Below, one piece after another: positions 55,437-64,000 of a stretch of DNA of 64,000 nt. This stretch comes from Candidatus Marinacidobacterium sp. (lineage in GTDB: Bacteria > Acidobacteriota > Vicinamibacteria > Marinacidobacterales > Marinacidobacteraceae). Numbering within the stretch: the stretch's first letter is position 1; each line of letters begins with the position of its first letter. Under the pieces are notes generated by a model that did not search any database, was not told the origin of the DNA, and saw only the letters and a list, made by a program, of their open reading frames with translations. Made by a program: the position numbers and the translations under genes. The stretch spans positions 1,280,001 through 1,344,000 of the forward strand of contig OZ244852.1 of NCBI GenBank assembly GCA_965220965.1, written 5' to 3'.

Positions 55437-57175
55437 ACGGGGCCGCCTGGCTCACGACCGGGCTGAGCGCGCACCCGTCGTTCTGGCTCCTGCTCGGCGC
55501 GATCGCGGCCTTTTTCGGTTCGGGGAGCAACCTGGCGACCCGCCGGTTCGCCCCGATCGCCGGCATCGCGTTCGCGATCCCGGCGGTGCTGGCGGCCTCG
55601 CGCGCCGCTCCCGGAACCCGGGCGCTCGAGGTCAGCGGCTTCGAACTCGTCTGGTTCCGCGCCGACGATCTGAGCCTGCTGTTCGCCCTCATCTTCGCGA
55701 TCGTCACCCTGCTGGGCCTGCTCTACGGCTCCCACCGGATGGGCCCGGGCGAGACGATCGCGGCGCTGCTCTATGCGGCGTCGGCCATCGCCACCGTGCT
55801 CGCCGGTGACTGGATCACGTTCTTCGTCTTCTGGGAGGCGATGGCCATCACCTCGACGGCGCTCATCTGGCAGGGCGGAACCGGGAAGTCGCGCCGCGCC
55901 GGGATGCGCTACCTGGTCGTCCACGCCTGCGGCGGGGCGCTCCTGTTCCTCGGCATCGTGCTCCACGCCGCCGGGCCCGGCGGGACGTTCGACCTCGGGG
56001 CCCTGACCGCCGTCGGCCCTCCGTTCTGGCTCATCCTCTTCGGCGTCGGCCTGAACGCGGCGATCCCGCCGCTGCACGCCTGGCTCACCGACGCCTATCC
56101 CGAGGCCTCCACTTCGGGCGCGGTGTTCTGCTCGGCGCTGACCACCAAGACCGCGGTCTACGCCCTGTTGCGGATCTTCCCGGGAGCGGAGGTCCTCGTT
56201 CCGCTGGGAGTCGCGATGGCGCTCTACGGGGTCGTCTTCGCCGTGATCGAGAACGACTTCCGGCGTCTCCTCGGCTACCACATCGTGAGCCAGGTGGGCT
56301 TCATGGTCGCCGGCGTGGGCATCGGGAGCGAGCTGGCGCTGAACGGGGCGGCGGCGCACGCCTACTCCCACATCCTCTACAAGGCGCTGCTCTTCATGGG
56401 CGCGGGCGCGCTCATCGAGGCGACCGGCCGGCGGCGGCTGACCGACCTCGGAGGCGTGTTCCGCCACCTCCGGTTCGCCGCCTGCATGTACATCGTGGGC
56501 GCGCTCTCCATCTCGGGGGCGCCGCTGTTCAACGGGTTCATCAGCAAGTCGATGACGATCAGCGCCGCCGGCTACGGCCAGTTCGCGACCACCGAGCTGC
56601 TCCTGAGCCTCGCCGCCGTCGGAACCTTTCTCTCGGTCGGGCTGAAGCTCTCCTGGTTCGCCTTCTTCGGCCCCGACCGCGGGGTCGCGGTCCGACCGCT
56701 GCCGGTGAACCTGCTCGCCGCGATGGGGATCACCGGAGGGCTGTGCGTTCTCTACGGACTCCGGCCTGAGCTGCTCTACCGGATGCTGCCGTTCGACGCC
56801 ACCTACCAGCCGTGGACCGCGGACCACGTGGCGTCGAGCCTCCAGCTTCTGGTCGGGACCGCGGTGCTGTTCGCGCTCGTCTCCCGGCGGCTGAGGCCCA
56901 CCCCCACGATGAACCTGGACACCGACTGGATCTACCGGGGTCCTCTCGGCCGGATCGGCGCTCCGGTCGTCGCCGGGCTCGCCCACGTCCAGCCGCTGGC
57001 GCGGTCGATGCGCACCCGGGTCGTCACCTCCGCGAGCGCCGTGCTGACGCGCGCCGCCGCTCCCGGCGCAAGCCCGGCGGCCGACGATCCGTTCGCGTTC
57101 CGGGGTTCCGTCGGCTGGACGGTCTTCTTCGCTGCGGCGGGGGCCGCGGCGCTGTTCTTCTACGCGCGCGGTTGA
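55433..57175 (+). CDS. Na+/H+ antiporter subunit D-family protein (third)
   Basis: FWEAMA, PPLHAWLTDAYPEA, TTKTAVY, LLGYHIVSQVGFM, GFISKSM and NLDTDWIYR. Confidence 0.88.
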   Translation: MNGAAWLTTGLSAHPSFWLLLGAIAAFFGSGSNLATRRFAPIAGIAFAIPAVLAASRAAPGTRALEVSGFELVWFRADDLSLLFALIFAIVTLLGLLYGSHRMGPGETIAALLYAASAIATVLAGDWITFFVFWEAMAITSTALIWQGGTGKSRRAGMRYLVVHACGGALLFLGIVLHAAGPGGTFDLGALTAVGPPFWLILFGVGLNAAIPPLHAWLTDAYPEASTSGAVFCSALTTKTAVYALLRIFPGAEVLVPLGVAMALYGVVFAVIENDFRRLLGYHIVSQVGFMVAGVGIGSELALNGAAAHAYSHILYKALLFMGAGALIEATGRRRLTDLGGVFRHLRFAACMYIVGALSISGAPLFNGFISKSMTISAAGYGQFATTELLLSLAAVGTFLSVGLKLSWFAFFGPDRGVAVRPLPVNLLAAMGITGGLCVLYGLRPELLYRMLPFDATYQPWTADHVASSLQLLVGTAVLFALVSRRLRPTPTMNLDTDWIYRGPLGRIGAPVVAGLAHVQPLARSMRTRVVTSASAVLTRAAAPGASPAADDPFAFRGSVGWTVFFAAAGAAALFFYARG

Positions 57176-57223
57176 TCATTCAGCCGGGCTGCTCCATCCG
57201 GTACCATCGGTCGCGGAACTCTC

Positions 57224-57661
57224 ATGCGCCCCGCGCGTTGGCTGTGGGCAGGCCTCATCAGCGTCGCCGTCGTCCTGTTCATCGTGCGGCCCTGGGCCGA
57301 AACCGACGCTGCATTGGAGATGCCGGCGCATCCGGTCTCGGAGGCGGAAGCCCTCTACGAGAAGGCCATTGGCGATCTCGAAGCGGCGCTCGAGTCGGAG
57401 GGCGGCTCCCAGGGTTTCGGGGACGCTCTCGCCAGCGAGCGTCAGGCGCTCGACGACGCCATCGCCGAGAGCCGCCGCCGGACGGCCGCCGATCCCTCGG
57501 ACCAGGAGGCCCAGGAGACGCTGCTGGAGGGCCTGCGGCGTAAGCTGGACCTCTTCCACAACACCCTGATGCTCCTTCGGGACATGGAGCGCGGGGACGG
57601 CGCGACCGCGCAGGACCGGATCGATGCGCTATCCGGTCGCGAACCGCCCGACACCAAGTGA
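57224..57661 (+). CDS. Membrane-anchored helical protein resembling the periplasmic part of ECF anti-sigma factors
   Basis: N-terminal TM followed by YEKAIGDLE...LDDAIAESRRRTAADP...RRKLDL; coupled to a DUF4097 gene. Confidence 0.5.
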   Translation: MRPARWLWAGLISVAVVLFIVRPWAETDAALEMPAHPVSEAEALYEKAIGDLEAALESEGGSQGFGDALASERQALDDAIAESRRRTAADPSDQEAQETLLEGLRRKLDLFHNTLMLLRDMERGDGATAQDRIDALSGREPPDTK

Positions 57662-58665
57662 GCGGCGGAAGTGAGATCTTCATGACGGACACCACGCATC
57701 GCGCCACCCTTGGCGCTCCGCGCAGCTCGACGGGCGGCGGGACGACGGCCGCCGTCGCCGCCGCGTTCGCGCTGCTCGCAGTGGGCCAGGCGGCGGCGCT
57801 CCAGACGGATGTCCAGCGCGTGGAGCACGCACTCGAGGTGGGGGCGTCGACGCGAGTCACCGTCCTCAACTTCGCCGGACAGGTCGAAGTTCACGGCACG
57901 GATCCCGGCGAGGACAGCACGCTGCGGATCGTCGGGGTCAAGCGTCTCACCGCCGACCTGCCGCCGGACGAGGCGGCCCGCTGGTTCGCCCGCATCGACC
58001 TCGAGCCCGAGCGGCGGGGACGGAACGTGCACATCGGGCCCCGGGCGCTGCGGGCGAGGAGCCCGGCGCAGATCCGTGACTCAGAGCCCTCCCGGGACGC
58101 TCCGGTCACCGACATCAGGGCGCCGCGCCGCATCCCGCCGGTCTCGGTCGACATCGAGTTGTGGCTTCCTTTCGGATCCTCGCTCGAGGTCCGCACGTTC
58201 TCGGCGCCGATCACCGTCGTGGGCGTGGGCGCCCCGGACGGCTCCTTCCGGCTGCGCAGCGTGAGCGGTTCGGTGCGGATCGAGGGGGTCGAGGCGGACG
58301 ACCTCCGCGTGGATACGGTGAGCGGGGCGCTGCGCCTCCTCGACGCGGTGGCCCACCGCGGCCACTTCCAGACGCTCGCCGCTCCCATCCGGGCCCGGGG
58401 AGCCCTCCACCCGGAGGGCTGGTACGACTTCCAGAGCCACTCGGGCGAGGTCCGTCTGGAACTGGACCCGATTCCGGGATTCGTCGTGGACGCCCGCACC
58501 TATGGAGGCGAGATCCGGAACGAACTCGGGATCGAAGCGGAATCCGGGTCGGGCAGCCTCGAGGTCCGCACCGGAGCCTCGGGGCCGCACCTGAGCGTGA
58601 ACACGTTCGACGGGCTGATCCACCTCATCAGCGCCGACTCGCCCGCGACAACGCCGGACCGGTAA
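57658..58665 (+). CDS. DUF4097 family beta-strand repeat (adhesin-like) protein
   Basis: Repeated xTxSGx / SVSG / SHSGEV / TFDG units. Alternative start at ATG 57682. Confidence 0.75.
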   Translation: MSGGSEIFMTDTTHRATLGAPRSSTGGGTTAAVAAAFALLAVGQAAALQTDVQRVEHALEVGASTRVTVLNFAGQVEVHGTDPGEDSTLRIVGVKRLTADLPPDEAARWFARIDLEPERRGRNVHIGPRALRARSPAQIRDSEPSRDAPVTDIRAPRRIPPVSVDIELWLPFGSSLEVRTFSAPITVVGVGAPDGSFRLRSVSGSVRIEGVEADDLRVDTVSGALRLLDAVAHRGHFQTLAAPIRARGALHPEGWYDFQSHSGEVRLELDPIPGFVVDARTYGGEIRNELGIEAESGSGSLEVRTGASGPHLSVNTFDGLIHLISADSPATTPDR

Positions 58666-58784
58666 ATCCGCCACCCCGCGACGGCGGTCTCGGTCCAGCC
58701 GGCACGTCGGAACTCACGGTAGGATTTCCGGCTTCCAACCGTTTCGGGGCCCGTCCGACCCCTTCCCGTCCCTCTGGAGAGACC

Positions 58785-59060
58785 ATGGCTCACAGCAAGC
58801 AGGCGAAGAAGCGGGTCCGCCAGAATCAGGATCACCGCCTCCGCAACCGTCACCACCGCAGCCGGCTCCGCACCGAGATCAAGGCGCTCCGCGCCGCCGT
58901 GGCCGGAGGCGACCGGGAAGCGGCCGAGGCTCGCCTCCCGCAGACCCAGGCGATGCTCGACCGGATGGCGGGCCGGGGCGTCCTCCACCGCAACGCGGCG
59001 GCCCGGACCAAGTCCCGGCTCGCCCACCTCATCACCCGGACCTTCGCGTCGGAATCCTGA
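58785..59060 (+). CDS. rpsT: 30S ribosomal protein S20
   Basis: MAHSKQAKKRVRQ...RLRNR...SRLRTEIK...GVLHRNAAARTKSRL; RBS GGAGA. Confidence 0.96.
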   Translation: MAHSKQAKKRVRQNQDHRLRNRHHRSRLRTEIKALRAAVAGGDREAAEARLPQTQAMLDRMAGRGVLHRNAAARTKSRLAHLITRTFASES

Positions 59061-59071
59061 GAGGCGAGCCG

Positions 59072-60880
59072 GTGCTCCGCAGCACGCGGAGCCGCATCCC
59101 GCGCTCCTTCCTCATCGTCTGGCTCGTCGCCGGAGCGGCGGGCGGCTGCGCGCCAGCATCGCCAGACGGTGACGCGCTCCCCAAGCTGGAATTCCTGGAG
59201 AGCGCCGACCAGGTCGGACCGGTCGCCTACCGGGACCCGGTCGGGGCGGTGTCTCCCGATGGGCGCTGGCTGGCCACGCTCCAGCAGGGCCGCATCCGCA
59301 TAGGTCCAGCCGAAGGGGGCGCGGTTCGGGAGATCGGCCCGGGAACCGCCCAGATCCGCTATCTCACCTGGTTCCCTGACAGCCGCCGCGTCCTGGTTCG
59401 GGAGCGGGTCTTCGACCGCAGCCGGAACGAATGGTGGGTCTACGACCGCGCCGATGGCGGCCGCGCGCCGCTCTGGCCTGACCGGAGCAGCGTCGAACCC
59501 GCGACCGAAGCCCTCGACACCCTCGTCTGGTCCCGGGACGGCCGCCAGATCGCCGGTGTCACCCGCGACGGGGATGGCTCGACCGTGTGGGTGCTCGACG
59601 CCGAAGGGGGCGCCGCCGAGCGCCGCGCCTCCGGCGGACGCCTCTCGTTTCCCGGGTGGTCACCCGACGGGCGCCTCGGCTGTCTGTCCTATGCGGATGG
59701 ACAGCAGCGCCTCCACTTCCCCTGCGGGGCGCCGGAGCCGCTGTTCGCCGATCAGGAAGTCTGGGGGCCGTTCGCGTTCTCTCCGGACGGCGAGCGGGTG
59801 ATCTACGGCTCGCCGTCCGTCGCCGGGGAGGACGCTGGCTTCCTGGATCTCCATTCGCGCCCGGTCGGGGGCGGGCCGGCGCGCCGGCTCACCGCATTCG
59901 CCCGCGACGCCTACGCCCCGTCGGTCGCCGCCGACGGCGCCATCGTCTTCCGGAGCCAGGACTATCGCGTCCTCGTCGCCACCGCCCCCGCCGACGGCGG
60001 CCCCTCGATGCCGCTGACCGCGTTCCAGTCGGAGACCCCGACCTGGAGCCCGGATGGCAGCGAAATCGCCTTCACCTTCGGAAGCTGGCGGCACGTCACC
60101 GATGACTTCCACTATCCGGACATCGCCCAGCATCTGGGCGTCGTCCGCTCCACGGCCGACGGCGCCGGGCCCCACCCCGCGCCGGAGCGGATCGTCCGCC
60201 AGTCGTACTCCGAGGATCAGGGCATGCACTGGTCGCCCAACGGCCGGTGGATCGTCTTCCACACCCATGAGGACGGGGACGACATCTGGCTCCAGCCGGC
60301 CGAGGGGGGCGAGGCCCGCCAGATCAGCTTCGACGGCCACGAGACCGGGTGGGCGCGGTGGTCTCCCGACGGCCGCTTCGTCGTCTTTCCCAGCTATCTC
60401 CGGGACCAGCAGGGCGCCCGGACCGGCCGGCTGTTCACGATCGGCATCGACCAGGACACCGGGGAGATCACGCGGCCACAGCAGCCGGTTCCCCTCGATG
60501 GCTTCGACCTCGACGTCATCCAGGCGGAGTGGACCGATGGGGGCGACACGATCGTGTTCGAGGCGGCCGAGGCGGTCGGCCGGAAGAGCCTGTGGACGGT
60601 TCCCCGCGCCGGCGGAGCGCCGGTCCGCTTCCACGACTACGGTTCGGACCAGATCCACTCGGGCATCGGGGTCTCGCCGGACGGCCGCGACGTTCTCTAC
60701 ATCGACCGGGGCGCCGAGGGGTTCTTCCAGGTGTTCCGGGTGTCGGTCGGGGGCGGCGAGCCGGTCCAGCTCACGCGCGACCCGACCCACAAGACCCAGC
60801 CGGCGTGGTCCCCGCTGGGCGACCGGATCGCGTTCACCGTGTTCCACTACCGCTCGCACTTCTGGCGGATCCGTCCGTAG
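59072..60880 (+). CDS. TolB-like PD40 beta-propeller lipoprotein
   Basis: Lipobox AGGC and many (W/F)SPDG repeats; no catalytic domain recognised. Confidence 0.75.
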   Translation: MLRSTRSRIPRSFLIVWLVAGAAGGCAPASPDGDALPKLEFLESADQVGPVAYRDPVGAVSPDGRWLATLQQGRIRIGPAEGGAVREIGPGTAQIRYLTWFPDSRRVLVRERVFDRSRNEWWVYDRADGGRAPLWPDRSSVEPATEALDTLVWSRDGRQIAGVTRDGDGSTVWVLDAEGGAAERRASGGRLSFPGWSPDGRLGCLSYADGQQRLHFPCGAPEPLFADQEVWGPFAFSPDGERVIYGSPSVAGEDAGFLDLHSRPVGGGPARRLTAFARDAYAPSVAADGAIVFRSQDYRVLVATAPADGGPSMPLTAFQSETPTWSPDGSEIAFTFGSWRHVTDDFHYPDIAQHLGVVRSTADGAGPHPAPERIVRQSYSEDQGMHWSPNGRWIVFHTHEDGDDIWLQPAEGGEARQISFDGHETGWARWSPDGRFVVFPSYLRDQQGARTGRLFTIGIDQDTGEITRPQQPVPLDGFDLDVIQAEWTDGGDTIVFEAAEAVGRKSLWTVPRAGGAPVRFHDYGSDQIHSGIGVSPDGRDVLYIDRGAEGFFQVFRVSVGGGEPVQLTRDPTHKTQPAWSPLGDRIAFTVFHYRSHFWRIRP

Positions 60881-60980
60881 CCGCCGGGGAGCCGGCGCCG
60901 CCCGGACACGCGGGCGGCGCTTTCCGGCTACGGGCGCCGGGGTCCGGGACCCGCCGCGCGCCCCTCCATAGAATCGGCGC

Positions 60981-61967
60981 ATGGTCCGACACCACTTCGC
61001 CGTTCTCCTCCTCGCGAGTGCTCTCCCCCTCCTGGCGGATCCAGCGGAAGCGCAGCGCACGCACACTTTCGTCCCCGAACGCGGCTGGTCCACGTTCGCG
61101 GCCCGCGAACCCGTACTCCGGATCGCGCCCGGAGACACGCTCATCAGCGAGACCATGGGCGGGGCCTTCCTCCCCGAGTCCGAGCGCCACCTGGCCGGCG
61201 AAGTGGGCCCGATCTACATCGAGGGCGCGGAGCGGGGGGACACCCTGGTGATCCGGGTGGACCGGCTCGAGCTGAACCAGGACCGCGCCTTCTCGGGGAC
61301 GTCGCAGGGGTTCGCCGCCCTCACGATGACCCCCCAGACCCCGATGCTCCACGACCCGGTTCCCGACCGCCGGTTCGAGTGGCGGCTCGACCTCGAGAAC
61401 CAGACCGGGACTCTCGACCTCCCCAGAAGCGGCATGGACCCGATCACCGTGGATCTCGAGCCGATGATCGGCCGGATGGCGGTCGCCCCGGACCGGGGAG
61501 AGGTCATCTGGGTCGCTTCCCCCGGGAATTTCGGGGGGAACATGGACACTCCGGAGATCCGGGAGGGCGTCACCGTCTACCTCCCGGTGTTCGAACCGGG
61601 GGCCCACTTCTACTTCGGCGACATCCACGCGCTCCAGGGCGAGGGCGAGATCACCGGGACCGGTCTCGAGACGACCGCCGAGGTCACTTTCACCTTCGAC
61701 CTGATGAAGGGCTACGAGATCGCCTGGCCGCGGATCGAGAACGACGACTACATCATGGTCGCCGGGTCCGTCCGCCCGCTGATGGACGCCTACCGGATCG
61801 CCCACACCGAAATGGTCCTGTGGCTCGAGCGGGACTACGGCTTCGAGCGCTGGGAGGCGCACCAGCTTCTCTCCCAGCTCGGCAAGGCGCGCATCGGCAA
61901 CGTGGTGGACCCCCACTACACCGTCGTCTCGCTGTTCCCGAAGAGACACCTCCCTCCCCGGCGCTGA
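60981..61967 (+). CDS. Acetamidase/formamidase family protein, exported
   Basis: Signal peptide, GPIYIEGAERGDTL, GGNMD, YLPVF and GDIHALQGEGE. Confidence 0.9.
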   Translation: MVRHHFAVLLLASALPLLADPAEAQRTHTFVPERGWSTFAAREPVLRIAPGDTLISETMGGAFLPESERHLAGEVGPIYIEGAERGDTLVIRVDRLELNQDRAFSGTSQGFAALTMTPQTPMLHDPVPDRRFEWRLDLENQTGTLDLPRSGMDPITVDLEPMIGRMAVAPDRGEVIWVASPGNFGGNMDTPEIREGVTVYLPVFEPGAHFYFGDIHALQGEGEITGTGLETTAEVTFTFDLMKGYEIAWPRIENDDYIMVAGSVRPLMDAYRIAHTEMVLWLERDYGFERWEAHQLLSQLGKARIGNVVDPHYTVVSLFPKRHLPPRR

Positions 61968-62098
61968 CGCTGGCGCGGCGCGGGCCCCGCCCACGCTGAC
62001 ACGCGGCCGGGCCGCGCGCGGAACGCTCCGGCCCGACGCTTGCACGCCCCCCTTGCAGCCTGACCGGGATGACCCGGAGGTGAGAAGGAGGGCGAGCC

Positions 62099-63532
62099 AT
62101 GATCGCAGCGTCTCGAGCAGCCGCGACCGTCCGCCCCGGAACGCGACGCCGGTCGATCCGGGGTAGGTGGACCGCAGCGGCCGCGGCCCTCGGCGCCCTC
62201 CTCGCCGCTCCCGCTTGCGAGGACCCCGGCTCCGCCACCGTCCCCGCGCAGGCGACCCGCGGTGGGGCTTCGGAAGCGCCGATTCCCGAAGTCGTCGCGA
62301 ACTGGATCGACGACAACGCCCACCCGTTCGAGGGCTCCCACCTGTCGCTTCCGCACACCGGGCTCGAGTTCCTCCGCGATCTGGTCGGGGATGCCCGCAT
62401 CGTCGCGCTGGGGGAGAACACCCACGGCACGCGCGACTTCTTCGAAATGAAGGCGCGGATCCTGCGCTTCCTGGTCGAGGAGATGGGCTTCGAAGCCTTC
62501 GTGATCGAAGCCACCTGGCCCGAGGCGCGTCGGCTCGACCACTATGTCCGAACGGGCGAAGGGGACGCGCTCGCGCTGCTCTCGGGGCTCTACTTCTGGA
62601 CGTGGCGGACGGAATCCGTCCTCGAAATGATCGAGTGGATGCGCGATCACAACGAGGCGGGGGGCAGTGTCGGCTTCCACGGCAACGACATGCAGTCCCC
62701 CGGCATGGCGCTCCACAATGTCCTGGAGTATTTCCGGACGGTGGACCCCGACGCGGCATCGGCAGTGATGACCGAGCTCCTATGCCTGAACTATTTCGCG
62801 AACAACCACCGCGGCCAGTCCCCGTCGCCGGGCTACCCCGATCAGAGCAACGCCTACCGGACGAACTGCCGAACGGATCTCGACCGCGTGCGAAGTCGCC
62901 TCCTCGACAAGGAGGACGACTACGCCGCCGTCAGCGGACAGGACGCTTTCGAGGTGGCTCTGCAGAGCCTGCGGGTGGCCCTCCAGTACCACCTGATGAT
63001 CTCCGGGGAGCAGGGCCGCGACGAATCGATGGCGGAGAACACGATCTGGATCGCCAACCAGCTTGGACCGGAGAGCCGCGTCGTCGTCTGGGCGCACAAC
63101 TACCATGTCTCGGAACAACCTGGCGCCCAGGGCTTCTACATGCGTTCCTGGTTCGGCGACGACCTGGTCATTCTGGGCTTTTCGCACGAGACCGGGCAGT
63201 TCACCGCGGTCGGCCAGGACGGCTCCGACTACACCGGCCTCGATGAGTTCACCCTCCGACCGGCAACCGCGGGTTCCTTCGAGCGCTACCTGTCGAGCGC
63301 ATCCCACGCCCGTTTCTTCCTCGACCTTCGCGACCGCGACCCCACCTCCCCCGCCACGAGCTGGCTCTCGGAGTCACTCCTCTTCCGCAGCATCGGCTGT
63401 TGCTACGACCCCGCCAGGCCCTCGAACTACTCCTACAGCCATGCCCTCGCCTCCTGGTTCGACATCATCATCCACTACGAGGCCACCCGCCCGACCGTCC
63501 TCCTTCCCGTTCGCTACCTCGACGGCTTCTGA
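62099..63532 (+). CDS. Erythromycin esterase family lipoprotein
   Basis: IVALGENTHGTRDFF, RFLVEEMGF, RDESMAEN and VVWAHNYHV; lipobox-like LAAPAC. Confidence 0.88.
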   Translation: MIAASRAAATVRPGTRRRSIRGRWTAAAAALGALLAAPACEDPGSATVPAQATRGGASEAPIPEVVANWIDDNAHPFEGSHLSLPHTGLEFLRDLVGDARIVALGENTHGTRDFFEMKARILRFLVEEMGFEAFVIEATWPEARRLDHYVRTGEGDALALLSGLYFWTWRTESVLEMIEWMRDHNEAGGSVGFHGNDMQSPGMALHNVLEYFRTVDPDAASAVMTELLCLNYFANNHRGQSPSPGYPDQSNAYRTNCRTDLDRVRSRLLDKEDDYAAVSGQDAFEVALQSLRVALQYHLMISGEQGRDESMAENTIWIANQLGPESRVVVWAHNYHVSEQPGAQGFYMRSWFGDDLVILGFSHETGQFTAVGQDGSDYTGLDEFTLRPATAGSFERYLSSASHARFFLDLRDRDPTSPATSWLSESLLFRSIGCCYDPARPSNYSYSHALASWFDIIIHYEATRPTVLLPVRYLDGF

Positions 63533-63654
63533 GGACCGGCCTGCAGCGAGGTCGAGCGGCGCCGGCGAGTCCGGTCCTGGAGGCTGGATCCGCGCCTCGC
63601 GGGCGCAACCACATTTCCGCAACTCCTTACAGTGCGGTCCGGGAGGTCAGGACA

Positions 63655-64000
63655 GTGCCGGGAGAGGTCGTCGTCGCCAGGCTCTCGGCCCTCATGGAGG
63701 CCCAAGCCACCGACACGACCTCCCGACTGACCGAGTTGATCGAGATCAGAGCGGCCGAAGCGACGGCCCAACTGGCTGATGCGACCTCCCGACTGACCGA
63801 GCTGATCGAGACCAGAGCGGCCGAAGCGACCGCCCAACTGGCTGATGCGACTTCCCGACTGACCGAGTTGATCGAGGCGAGGGCCGCCGAGACCAACCGC
63901 AAGCTCGAGGAGACCAACGGCAAGCTCGCTGAGACCAACCAGTCTCTCGCTGAGACCAACGGCCGGCTTGACGCCGTCGAATCCCAGTTGAGGGCCGTCT
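63655..64000 (+). CDS. Coiled-coil repeat protein (truncated by the window end)
   Basis: GTG start after GGAGG; manual translation VPGEVVVARLSALMEAQATD(TTSRLTELIEIRAAEATAQLAD)... stays open to the window edge. Confidence 0.65.
   Translation, partial: MPGEVVVARLSALMEAQATDTTSRLTELIEIRAAEATAQLADATSRLTELIETRAAEATAQLADATSRLTELIEARAAETNRKLEETNGKLAETNQSLAETNGRLDAVESQLRAV
63716..63963 (+). repeat. 66-bp (22-aa) tandem repeat, about 2.7 copies, followed by four 21-bp (7-aa) repeats
   Basis: CGAC(C/T)TCCCGACTGACCGAG starts at 63716, 63782 and 63848; GAGACCAAC then recurs every 21 nt (ETNRKLE ETNGKLA ETNQSLA ETNGRLD). Confidence 0.9.

Noticed and set aside
63716-63963. Tandem repeats as a CRISPR array
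   Set aside because: There are no unique spacers, unit lengths are multiples of 3 inside an open frame, and no cas genes are present.

Overview
High-GC bacterial chromosomal window with about 54 coding regions. Gene content suggests Acidobacteriota: a GWxTD protein, an Oar-type TonB-dependent receptor, a VPS10/BNR hydrolase and a ClpC starting VFERY (taxonomy is inference). From left to right it holds: (1) an envelope operon clpC-bamA-skp-fabZ-tonB/tolA-spoIID; (2) a BNR glycoside hydrolase, a GCS2-CBS ligase, an MFP plus ABC ATPase pair with no permease, and an alkaline-phosphatase-family enzyme; (3) a 216-bp MITE-like element sitting in the apaG promoter; (4) apaG, a methyltransferase, PaREP1, a CinA-like protein and a GWxTD protein; (5) a TonB-dependent receptor behind a sigma54-type promoter, followed by exported amidohydrolases/peptidases interrupted by a decayed toxin-antitoxin/ATPase remnant; (6) SRAP, an S9 peptidase, an SDR, TIGR01777 and PBP1A; (7) lon-dnaJ preceded by a HAIR-like operator; (8) murJ-xerD-tsaC; (9) a 10-gene Mrp/Mnh Na+/H+ antiporter operon with three D-like subunits; (10) an anti-sigma-like/DUF4097 pair, rpsT, a TolB-like protein, an acetamidase, an erythromycin-esterase-family protein and a truncated coiled-coil repeat protein. 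I saw no rRNA, tRNA, CRISPR array, transposase or prophage. No clearly new system is proven. The best leads are the MITE in the promoter, the putative receptor-plus-hydrolase foraging locus, the HAIR-like operator, recurrent leaderless promoters and the permease-less ABC core. All protein calls come from motif recognition, not database searches.
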